64,000 nt of DNA from Auanema rhodensis (Eukaryota; Animalia; Nematoda): the NCBI GenBank assembly GCA_964057225.1, contig OZ059895.1, forward strand, positions 17,236,001-17,300,000, in the 5' to 3' direction. A program made the position numbers and the translations under genes. Position 1 is the first letter of the stretch. Each line of letters starts with the position of its first letter. Below, piece by piece: positions 1-11,200 of the stretch. Below the pieces are notes generated by a model. It was given only the letters and a program-made list of their open reading frames with translations, was not told where the DNA came from and did not search any database.

Positions 1-778
1 CTTGATTCTTTATACTCACAACTCAAGAATAATAAGATCAATGATATTTGACTGTCTATCAATGTTAAACTCTTAAGCCTACTTGCTTCCATTTGCAACA
101 CAGTCTCACGTGAGTCAGCGAAATTTCATTCATTTTTGTCTGCAGAGAAGCGAAAGATGGTTGTTCTTCTTTCAGACTTCATATTTCTCATTCAATTCTC
201 TTATCCATGCTTTCAAATTAATTTAAATGATTTATAAAATTTTATTTGGTTGACTATAAAATATGTCAAAGTTGAAGATTTGAAAAGAGCATTCATATTC
301 ACATCGTCCTTTCTTGTGATTTTAATTTTGCTAACCGAAAAGATTAAAATTTCTTGTACCGTTTACAATTCCAGCTTACAAGCTTCACATCCGCTTTTTC
401 TGTTTTATTTTCTTTTAAGGTAAGCTGAAAAATGTTTCATGTCATTACAAGTAGTATAACTTCTATTGCCAATCAGATTTTGATAAAGTTTTATCAATAT
501 GAGTTATGAAAACTTCATAAGTTCTTCTGAAAATTCTTTCTCTTATGTATTTTCTCAAACTTTGCTTCTGCATTATGAATTTCAACAAGCCTCATCTTCT
601 TGTATTTACTACGTTCGTAATTCAGCAAGCTTCTAATGTTACTAATTTTAGAAAATTGAAAGATATCCAATCAAGTTTTTTTTCATTCTTGGGAATTATG
701 TAAGTTCATTTTACTATAACTTATTGAGAATTCGTAACATTATTCAATATCATTAAGTAACTTTTGATCGTTGCAGAT

Positions 779-3700
779 ATGAATAGCAATTATTTCTGTC
801 ACAAAGCTTTTGATATGACTAACGATACTCATAATAATCAAAACAACAGGAATATCAGTATATCTAAGGCTGGCTCATTAAGTGTTGAAACAAATAATAT
901 GTCCAATCGACTTAACTCTGTTGCATCTTTTATAAAAACAATGTCACATGTAGATAATCCTGAAATCATTAATTCAGAGAATGATAATATAATGAGGCAA
1001 TCAGGTAACCTTCGTCATTCTTATAGTTGCATATCTTATCCAATTGCCTCAAATATCAATAACAACAGACAAATCCCAGATACCTCTTTAATCAACAAAC
1101 CATCTTTGCCATCCAGCAATGCCGTTCCTGTCATCCGAAACCTCAAATCAGCAGTATCCGCTGCCAGTTCAACAATCTACACTGCCAGACCCGCAGTCCA
1201 CAATTCCCTTCCCGTCGTTGAAAACTTCAAATCAGCAGTACCCGATGTCAACGACTCAGTCCACATTACTGGACCAGCAGCAGTACACAATGCCTTCCCC
1301 GTCGTCGAAAACTTCCAATCAGCAGTACCCGATGCCAGCTCAACTGCCCACATTACCAGACCAGCAACAGTCCACAATGCCCTTCCCGTCGTTGAAAACT
1401 TCAAATCAGCAGTACCCGATGTCAACGACTCAGTCCACAATGCCCTTCCTGTCGTCAAAAACCTCAAATCAAAAGTACCCGATGTCAACGACTCAGTCCA
1501 CATTACCGGACCAGCAGCAGTACACAATGCCTTCCCCGTCGTCGAAAACTTCCAATCAGCAGTACCCGATGCCAGCTCAAGAGTCTACATTTCTAGACCA
1601 GGAGTTCCCAATGCCGTTGCAGTCGCCGAAAACCTCACATCAGCAATACCTGATGCCAGCTCAACAACCCACAACTTCTCTCCCTTGCAATACGTCAAAT
1701 ATGCAGCACCCAATGCAAACCCTGCATTCTACAGAGCCAACTTTGCAGTTTCCAGTTCCAACCCTACAACCCAAAGACCCAATCCTTCACTCTCTAGATC
1801 CATCGTTACAGTCCCCAGTGTCAACCCCACAGCTCAAAACATCCAATCAGCAATGCCAAGTGAAAAGTCCACAGTCCACAGAACTGACCGAGAAGTTCAG
1901 AACTTCACACTTGCAATACCTGCAACCACTAGCATCAAAACAACAGCCGATAACGCCAAGCCTGCAGTCTACAGCACCAGTTCTACAATCAAAAATACCA
2001 ACTGTGGAGTCTATAATGCCAGCCCTTCAGTCAATAATGTCAATTCTGTGTTCTTCGACATCAATTCTGCAGTCCACAACCGTAAACCTTCAGACCACAA
2101 CGATAATTCTGCGTTCCACAGCAACAAATCTGCAGTCCGTAATGCCAGTGTTACGGACCGCAATGCCAGCACTTCAAGCCATAACGACAGTTCTACAGTC
2201 TACAAGAGTAATTATACAGTCCTCAATACCAGCACTCCAGTCGACAACGTCAATTCTGCAATCCACAATGCCAGCTCTGCACTCCATAACGTTAGTACTG
2301 CGGTCTACAACGACAATTCTACAGTCTTCAAGAATACCAACGCTGCAACCCGCAATACCAGTTCTACAGTCTCTGATACCAACTCTGCAGTCCACTATGT
2401 CAAAACTGCAGTCCATAATGCCGCTTCTACAGGCCACAACGTCAGATCTGCAATCCAGAACACCTTTCCTGCAGCCAACAGCGACAGTGCTAAAGGCTCC
2501 GACGTCAATTTTGCAGTCCACTATGTTAAAACTACAGTCCATAATGCCAACTCTGCAGTCCACAACGTTAAAACTGCAATCCACAACGTCAAATTTGGAG
2601 TCCACAAAGCTGATTCTGCAATCCACAGTCCCAGCTTTGAAGCCCAAAGTCCCGACTCTGAAACCAACCGTACCGTTGATAAAATCGCCACAACATTAAA
2701 TGAACAACTAATGCCTCAAGGCAAAGAGGGTTCTTCTGCAATGTGCTCTGATTCTAATGCACAGCTTCCGTTACATCAAATGCAGTTACAGCAACAACAT
2801 CTGCAACATTATCTTTATCAACCAAATGCTTTGCTGAAAAGCAATATGTTAGTTCAAAAAACTGATCGGACAAACGAAAAAGCTGTCAATATTCTAAACA
2901 CTTACTCTCATACACAAACCAAAACACAAACTCAACCAACTCAACCAACTCAACATCTACTCTTTAACATTGTCGAGGTTACATCATTATCATATAACTT
3001 ATATAAAGAAAAATATTTCAGCCCATCGCTCATCCTGTTGAAAAAAGCATTAGCCAAGTCCAGAGACCTATTCAACTTCCGAAAGAATACCCTACTCAAT
3101 TTAATTCATATACTCTTCAAAAAGAAAAGCAAAATCCCTTAGCTCATAAAATCTCAAAATATTCTCAAAATTTTACTAACCTACAAACCAGAAACGGTTC
3201 TTTCCCTTTTGTATTTCCTACGATTTCACCACAACAGCGAGGATACACCCAAAAAAAAAATTGTCGTGTCCCTGGACCAATCGACGCTCCTGCAAAAAAA
3301 ACGAGAAAACCAAGAAAAACGTAATGCTTTTTTCATTTCTTTTTTCTTACAAAAAGAGACTATATCGGAGAAAGAAATGCTGAAATGCCAGAAATTTCCT
3401 TTTCAATGTTTTACTTCGATTATTCAGATTTGCTGATGTAGGAGTTCAAACCGTTGCAGTATTAACTCCAGCATGCAAGAATTCACCAGTATATAAACCT
3501 TTACCAGTACAATCAGCCTTGGATTTGAGTGAGATAACATCTAGTAAAATATAAAATGTGTTTTTTCAGTTGTAAAAGAAGTTCAACACATAGGCATTAT
3601 ATTGATTCAGACAGAATTTGAAATAGAAAATCTGGAGAGCGCATATGCCGATGTACGAACAATTACTGTCGCAAACTACAAAATGTATTTCTTAAATTAT

Positions 3701-4840
3701 GATATTTATAGTAAATCTAAGTAACTTACAGACGAGTTAATGTTAATACAGTACCGGAAATCGTAAATGGTGAGAAGGACATACTCTTCAAGTTTAAATT
3801 TTCGGCGCTGGCAATAAAGCATTCTATGTTTCTTGAAGCATGGAATCCTGACGTTTTTATTAAAATTATATCTCCTGAATTTGCTTCTCGCGAAGTGTTT
3901 AGAACAAATGTATAGCACACTTCATTATTTGAATAACAACTGCTTACATTAAGGTTTCCAAGATATTCTCTGATGAGACATTATTGGTTGAAGGAATGGA
4001 AATGCAATTCAACCTACTTTCCATTCGTAAAAAACTCAACAATGCTATGACCAAGTGTAATTTATCTGTCAATTTTAAGCATAGACCCATCCTTAGGCAG
4101 TAAAATTATATATTCTATGTATAATTGAACAATAATGATTTTCAGTGAGTTTCCGGACAATTTTTACATAAAGCAGGAAGGTTTGCCACAAGATGTTATA
4201 ATTGAAACTAATGATGGCCAAGAAATTAATACCAACCGTATGGTAGAAAACATTTTACTTATACTTATAGTAAACTATTGATTTTAGATTATAGAACTAT
4301 TTACCAACAATATTATATCTGCAATGATAAACAAAAGATTCAAAGTTCCCGTAAAAAAAGCTGATATGATTATCATTCTGAAAGTGATACATCTACAGGA
4401 TGTCGCATTCCCAGGTGTAACTTCAAATACACAACTCCTTAACAAATAAATTCAGATAACTATGGGGAGTTGCACAGAATCTTGAGTATAGCTCACTATT
4501 ACAACTTAACTATTGTTCATAATAGATGTCAAGATTTTTTGATGTTTTACTCTACTCAGCTGAATTTGTTCTCGAAGTACAAACTAGCCGATCGGTTTCG
4601 CCTCTATAAATTGCAGGTAGTAAATTTCATACTGTTTCATCGTGATAATATTATCTTCAGAGATATTGTATGTACCTCATTATGCTAGTGGATGCAGAGA
4701 AACATCCATTTATTTTTGAAGGCAGCATACCTCATTTTACCCGCATTGAGAAGAAAACATTAAGAGAACGATTTGTTGAACTCAGAGATAAAATCCTGAA
4801 AACATCCTATCCTGAAAACACTAGAACACAAAGATCATGA
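779..4840 (+). CDS. MATH/BTB(-BACK)-like protein with a long tandem-repeat, low-complexity N-terminus (~1,200 aa, 10 coding exons)
   Basis: Phase-consistent exon chain: 779-2977, 3022-3320, 3428-3528, 3570-~3685, then short exons to TGA 4838-4840. The C-terminal part reads DVIIETNDGQEINTNR...LHRILSIAHYYNLTIVHNRCQDFL...LFSKYKLADRFRLYKLQRYCM, resembling nematode BTB domains. The preceding beta-rich segment (TEFEIENLES...) is MATH-like. Family call is by motif recognition only; upstream 5' exons are possible. Confidence 0.65.
1117..2640 (+). repeat. Coding tandem repeat: ~87-90 bp units (AVHNAFPVVENFKSAVPDVNDSVHITGPA) grading into degenerate 21-bp units (SAVHNAN-like heptads)
   Basis: Near-identical copies of cacaatgcc(t/c)ttcc(c/t)gtcgt(c/t)gaaaacttc(a/c)aatcagcagtacccgatg at ~1197, 1287, 1374, 1437 and 1523; recurring tctgcagtccac(a/t)a(c/t)g at ~21-bp spacing from ~1960 to 2640. 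Confidence 0.9.
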
Positions 4841-5262
4841 TATGCAGCACAAATCACTAGCACAGAAATGAATCATATTTTATAATAATCAACGAATTTC
4901 TAAACAAAAATATGTACGAGGTTTTCTCTTGCGCACTCATTTTTTCCCAACGAAATTACAAAGCAACACCATTTTAAATGCAATTTATTCAAATTTTTTA
5001 ATGTTTGTTTCATTCGAACTTTTCGCTTTGTTGGCATTAATTAACATTATTCGTAATCGATTCTTCTAATTCGCATGAATATCTTCAAGCAGTTTCAGTT
5101 TTTTACTCTTCCATTTTTGAAGTTTTTTTTTCTAAAAATAAATCAGGTTCAATACAGAGTGTATGCTTTCAACAAAGAGAGTTTTTCTCACAGGCTTAAA
5201 ATGTAGAACACAAACATGTTGGGTAGGCTATTAAAATCTAAATTATCATTGGGTAAATTCAG

Positions 5263-7972
5263 TTCAGCGTTGGATTTCTGCAAAAGAAAAATAAAAAACA
5301 AAAAAAAGGCAATGCCGTTCCTCCACAGTTCTTATCTCAGTTGAAGCAATGGCCGAATTTATTACAAGAGGAAATAAATGCAGCTGGAGAACAGGTTTAA
5401 AAGTTTTAGATGGATGCTTGTGTAATTCAGCTCATTGTAGGTAGCTTTAATGCTTGATAAATCCGCTGGTTCGGAGGAGCTAAGAGAAAGGGGAATGATT
5501 ATTAGCGGTTTGAAATATTCCGGACGTACATTTTGTCCAGTCAAAGGCCATCTAACTAAATTCGATTTTCGGTTTTCCAAAAGCGATGTAGATATGAATA
5601 AATTTCGGAAAGGTAGCCTAATTCTCAGTTTTTCTGTATTGGTTATGCTTTAGGCAGTCCAATCATGGTCTGCACTGACAAAAATTCTGAACGGTTAGGT
5701 GAGGGGATCATTATGGAAAAAACAAATACGTTTGTTATGGTCGGTTGAATCTTTATCTCCTCTAAATATAAGTTTATTTAGGTTAAACTAGGTAGAAAAT
5801 TAGGTTCAGCATTTGAAGCTGATAAGTCTTATTGTATTGTTCCTTCGAACCATGCAGGCAGTACTCATTCTTTGAGAGATTTTCTCAAGTTAATATATTG
5901 CTACGAGTTGGTTCTAATCTTTGTCTTGCAGAGAAGATTTTCTACAGAATTGTACTAATATAAACCTACTGCTTTATGCTTACCGTGGTCTCTCAATGCC
6001 ATCAGTTCATAATGGTATGAAATATTTTTCTTTTTCTTTTATATTGTTCATTATATTTTACAGATAGGGTTTCTTCTGAAATTAGCACAAATCTTAATGA
6101 TAGTCAGAGGAGAGCTGTAGCCGCAGCCTTAAATAAGAAGAGACCTTTCGTTTGCATCAGAGTTAGTTAGAGGAATTCATCATTTATAATAATTATAAAG
6201 GTTTCACTACTTTATAGGGACCTCCTGGTACGGGGAAAACTCAGGTACTAGCCGAAATAGTTCGTTTGCTTGTACAAAAGAAGCAAAAAGTACTTGTGTG
6301 CGCTCCAACTCATGTTGCTGTCCAGAATGCTATATCGAAAACTGTTAACTCCTTGAATCCTGAATCGGATCTTGGAAATGCTGGTTAAAAATACTTTTTT
6401 TTTCATACTATCGAATTGTTTAAGCAGATTATATCGATGATATAGCTAATGCAGTACCGACACATAAAGACTTTCCCCAACTAGAAAAATTGATAAAAGA
6501 AATTGTATGGTTTGATCTCGTTTTATTTCCAATTGTTCACATTTTCAGGAAGATTTGAGGGAAACAGATTCCACAAATAAGAGTATTGAATCAATGACCA
6601 AACGTGTTGGAGCTTTAAAGCGGCGAATCATTTCTGTGAGATTGTATATCTTAAATGTTGATATAATCTATTGTTCAGAAATTGCACAAAGAAAGACAAG
6701 TCATTTTCTCCACATTAACTTCTTCCTCTGTCCAAATGTTATCCTCGTATAAATGGGTTCCAGATGTGATAATTATAGGCAATTGCTGTTATTTTTCTGA
6801 AAAAAAATCCATTTGCCTTACAGATGAAGCAGGGCAATGTATGGAACCTACCACATGGGCTTGTATTGTTAAGAGTCAACGATGCATTTTAGTGGGAGAT
6901 GAAATGCAACTTCCTCCTGTAGTTCTATCTCAAAAGTCTGGAAAAGCGTCAAATAATTAATTTACACGTACAAGTATTCATTCAGATCCCAAAAGGCAAA
7001 TCTTAATGTATCGCTATTGGAACGGCTAGCCAAAGAATTTTCTAGTAACAATATTGTTCACCAATTGAATATTCAGTATAGGTAAACTGAATATAACTTA
7101 TGATTTAATTTCTTTGTTATGATTAGAATGAATGAAAAAATCATGCGATGGTCTTCTGATAACTTCTATAATTCCCTCCTCACAGCTGCCCCAAACATTG
7201 CTAATATCAATATCAGGTCAGATTTAGGAATGCTAAATTTAAAATATATTTTTGCAGCTGTATCTCTGATATTCCTCCAGAACATCCGGCATGCCGGCCA
7301 CTGATTATGATGAATACCGACACGTTCAAATCGTCTGAATTCAATGAAGTTAAAAAATTCGATTCTTACTACAATATAGGTTTGCCAGAAAGAGAGAGAT
7401 TTATAGTTTTACTAAGGGTTCAGGTGAAGCGAAACTAATAAAGTCATATGTACAATTTCTTTTGAATATGCAAGTAGCTTCTGATAACATAGGAGTCATA
7501 ACTCCTTATTTCAGCCAGGTGCTTCAAATTCTATTTGTGAGATATGATATATAAATGTTCTTTCCTCTTAGACATTACAAATAAAAAAGTTGCTCAAGAA
7601 TTGTGGGAATGTGACCGTTTCATCAGTTGATGCTTTTCAAGGAAATGAGAAAGATATTATTCTATTCAGTTTAGTTCGTCGAAATGGAGAAGGTAAAGTT
7701 GATATATCGATCCTTCATCCTGTTTTTTTTTCTCAGGCGAGTTAGGATTCCTTCGAGATTACCGCAGACTAAATGTAGCAGTTACTAGAGCTCGTAGACA
7801 GTTTGTTCTTTTTGGGAGTTCAGAAATGTTGCAAGCAGATAGGACTTTAAGGACTTTATTTCAGTTAATTAAGCTACCTCTTTGGTTATTTAATTTCTTT
7901 ATTTACAGAACTTTCAAGAAACATGGTCATTTGGAAGGAGCTGATTTTATGCAAAAATATATTTTAAGCTAG
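5263..7972 (+). CDS. Upf1-like superfamily 1 helicase (IGHMBP2/ERI-6/7-type), many short introns; 5' end uncertain
   Basis: Spliced motifs in order: Q motif LNDSQRRAV, Walker A R|GPPGTGKT, Ia CAPTHVAVQN, Walker B IIIDEAGQ, III LVGDEMQLPP, QYRMNEKI, IGVITPY, V SVDAFQGNEKD, VI RRLNVAVTRAR; stop TAG 7970-7972. No in-frame ATG in the 5263 exon, so the start lies upstream (possibly ATG 5075 via tiny exons). Confidence 0.88.
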
Positions 7973-8119
7973 ATATTTTATAGTCTATTCATTATTCTTG
8001 TCATATTTATCTTAACCTACGGGTGAATTATGAAATTTTCTATGTTTACGATGCAATCAATGGTCATTCTCAATACTATATCTTCTCCAGTTTATGGACT
8101 ATATCGAATTTTACATTTT

Positions 8120-8162
8120 AGCGCCGGGAACATTGATCGACCGCTCGCGCCGCGACGCACTC
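8120..8162. promoter_or_regulatory. GC-rich candidate promoter element upstream of the RBM12-like gene (E2F-like TCGCGCC)
   Basis: Isolated CpG-rich patch gcgccgggaacattgatcgaccgctcgcgccgcgacgcac in AT-rich DNA, ~90 bp upstream of a ttttcag acceptor (8252) that precedes the ATG at 8275. Confidence 0.4.
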
Positions 8163-8274
8163 CTGCATGTCACATTGTGCTGGTTAGTTTCGAGTTAATC
8201 CGGCTTCTTCCATCTATTTGCTGTTTTATTTTTTAATTGTAATGATTTTCAGGTTTTTTAATAAAATTTGAATA

Positions 8275-11200
8275 ATGCCTGACCTTCCCCCAACTGCGGT
8301 TATTATACGTCTTCAATATTTGCCTTTGTCAGCAACCTCAGCTGATGTACGAGCCTTCTTTCACGGGTTAAGAATTCCTGAAGGAGGTGTACATATCATT
8401 GGTGGAGAAAACGGGGATGTTTTTGTTGGCTTTGCATCAGATGAAGATGCAAGACAGGCTATGCGACGTGATCGGGGATCAATTCATGGGCAAGAGGTTT
8501 GTTATATTTATTAGTCCTTATACATGGTGGGAATTTGATATGACGCAGTCTGATGGTGTCTTCTGAATACTTAAACATTAGGTTTTAATTGAAAATATTT
8601 CTTCGAATTGCGCCAAAGTTACTATTATTCTATATTATTATTCTGCTATGCTATTCCTGTTGCCGAGGATTATGTCTGGATGCTACACTACCTCGTGGCT
8701 GTCTCAACTCTGAGAATCATAAAACGCTTTAAAAATGTTTTTAAATTTAAAATCTTATGAATAGAATTTTTTTCTGAAATTTTTTAATGCTTCTAATCTA
8801 ATAGTTCTTGATATCACTGTTTCTGGGCTTAATTAAATGAGAGGCTAATTTTATTCGGACGAAGTGAAAAGGCAATGAAATGCTGCTGTTATGGTTAGAA
8901 AGGAAAATGTGCAACATAACATTGTATAGATAACGAATTGAGACTTGTTACTGCTTCTGAATTCCTATGAATATTTTCCATTTCTATCACCACTGCGGCC
9001 TGTTTGAGGAAATTTAAAACTAGTCGAAGCGTTTTTGAAATTCATATTGAACATTCTGCTGAAAAAAAAAGACTAAAAATTAAATATTCTTTTTCCTTGT
9101 ACAGTTTTAGAAATCAAATGTGAAAATTGAGTATCATACGTTCGAAGTTGGTCATCGCATACAAAAAACAAACTGCCGACTTACGAATGTATGACCAACT
9201 TGAGCATAAAGTAAAATGTGCTTACCATTTTTGGATGAATGATGTAAATGTGGGAAAGAAAGACTTCAACCGATTTTTCTGATTAATGATGATAATTCCA
9301 GTAATGACTATGAAATATTATTCAGAAAAGGTGTAATATCCCTTATAAAATGAACGGTTGAGGAATGAAACCTAATTAGATTCTGATAATAATATTACTA
9401 TTTTCTATAATTAGTCATAATCGTTATCTCGTTGAAATGGTTATTACATAATATGCAATGTTAATCAACGGAATATTTGCCAAAAAAAAATTAGAGACAA
9501 AAAAATTCGGCACAGCTTCTTTATGCGATAATAATAGTCATGTATTTTGTTTTTCTTTAACTCTCTGAATACGTTTATGTAACATCTGATATTGCTATGA
9601 TTTATCAAAGATAGTTTAACGATTCGTATAAGAATATGGAAGATTTCTGAACATCGGCATCCTATTCTGCGTTTTAATTTCTGAATTCATCTATTTACAA
9701 TCTTACTCGTATCATATATGCAAAAACATGGCACACATTATTGAACTATAATAATCAATCATTGTGATGGAATTCTGATGAAAAAATTTACAATCATCTT
9801 CTTTTAGATACGACTCTTATTGTCCTCTCGTTCTGAAATGACTGAAGTAGTAGCAAAAGTCAAAACATTTTATCACAACATAGACCGTGAACAACCTCAG
9901 ATTTCAAAAAAGCTTGCTGCTGGTAGTGAAGGTCTGATAGAGCAATCATGAATATAATGTTGAAAAAAAAATTATAGAGACAAAAAATTCATGGAAGCCA
10001 TCCAATTCTCAATCATCAAATATTCTCCCACCTCAAATACCTTCTACATATGCACCTGATTCTGATTACAATAAGCCGGCTTACGCCAGGATACCACCAA
10101 ATAGTGGACATGAGCCTTATGCTAGCTCCCGTGAACCTCCAGTTAATGGTTATAATAGTCATATAGGTCAAAGAGGTGCTGAAAATGGACACCAGAAATT
10201 TCAATATGATAAAGAACCTAATAATGGTCCTTCCTTTAATCGACGACCGCCGCTGACTAACGAAGCTGATCATCCGCCTAGGTTCTATGGCGGGCCGCCT
10301 ATGAAAGATCCGAGGCAACATCCATTCCCATCTCGTGCTCCTCCCATCATGCCTCCAGAAATGAAGAAAGTAAGTTCTAATCAACACTGCAGTAGCACTT
10401 CTCTTTGGAGAACCTATGGTGTCATCTGACTGTAATTTTTAAAAAACTAAAATGTAGGACTTTGGAGACAATAATCATCGGGGTGATTCGAACTTGCCAC
10501 CACGCATACATCGGCCATTGCATACAGGTGCTCCTCCTCTAATGAGAAACAACTTCAATGGCACGTTTCCTCCAAAAATGCCAGATCGTTCGATGGATAT
10601 AGGGAAAGATAATAGAGAGTAATGCATATTTTTCGTAATATTGAAGTCTAAATTTTTTTTTCAAGTTCACTGAATTTTGGCAATAACATGCCTCCCCAAA
10701 AACCTAATGGCCCTCCAGTGAGAAATGAAAGCTGGAGAAATGGTGGCCGTGGCGGTGCTCGTGAACGTGTTTGGGATTCTAGGTATTATTTTACTGAAAT
10801 TAACTCCATGGAAAAAATTCTATAGACATGAAGGGCCGGGTTCGTTCCCAGATAGGAAAAATTTTGGAAATAATGCTATGAAATCTGACGTGAGTTATAT
10901 AGGGTATTATGATTATGCATTTTTTTCTCCATATAGGGGTTTGATGACATGGTCAATCGAAATAAACCACATGGCTTCCCTCAACATTCTCGAGGAGGAA
11001 TGCCACCAAAACCCGTTAGGCCACCAAACGGATATATGGAAAACGTTCAATATCATAACAGGAGGTATTCATCTTCTTTTTCTACTGAACTTTTTGAATA
11101 TTACTTCTTAGCGAACATTTCTTGGAACTAAGTCGCCTTCCAAACGAAATGCTGCGCCATAATGTTATCGAGCAATTTATAAAACCATCCGTTCCATTGC

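Noticed and set aside
1177-2647. Minus-strand ORFs 1177-1527 and 2174-2647
   Set aside because: Shadows of the coding repeat.
2978-3142. C-terminus of the 792-aa ORF as a real protein end
   Set aside because: A 44-nt intron (2978-3021) shifts to another frame that continues to the BTB exons.
5075-5222. Chain of 17-, 14- and 29-nt micro-exons giving the helicase an ATG at 5075
   Set aside because: Phases fit but it needs a 33-nt intron; too speculative without cDNA.
10016-10387. 123-aa minus-strand ORF
   Set aside because: Antisense to a Pro-rich RBM12-like exon.
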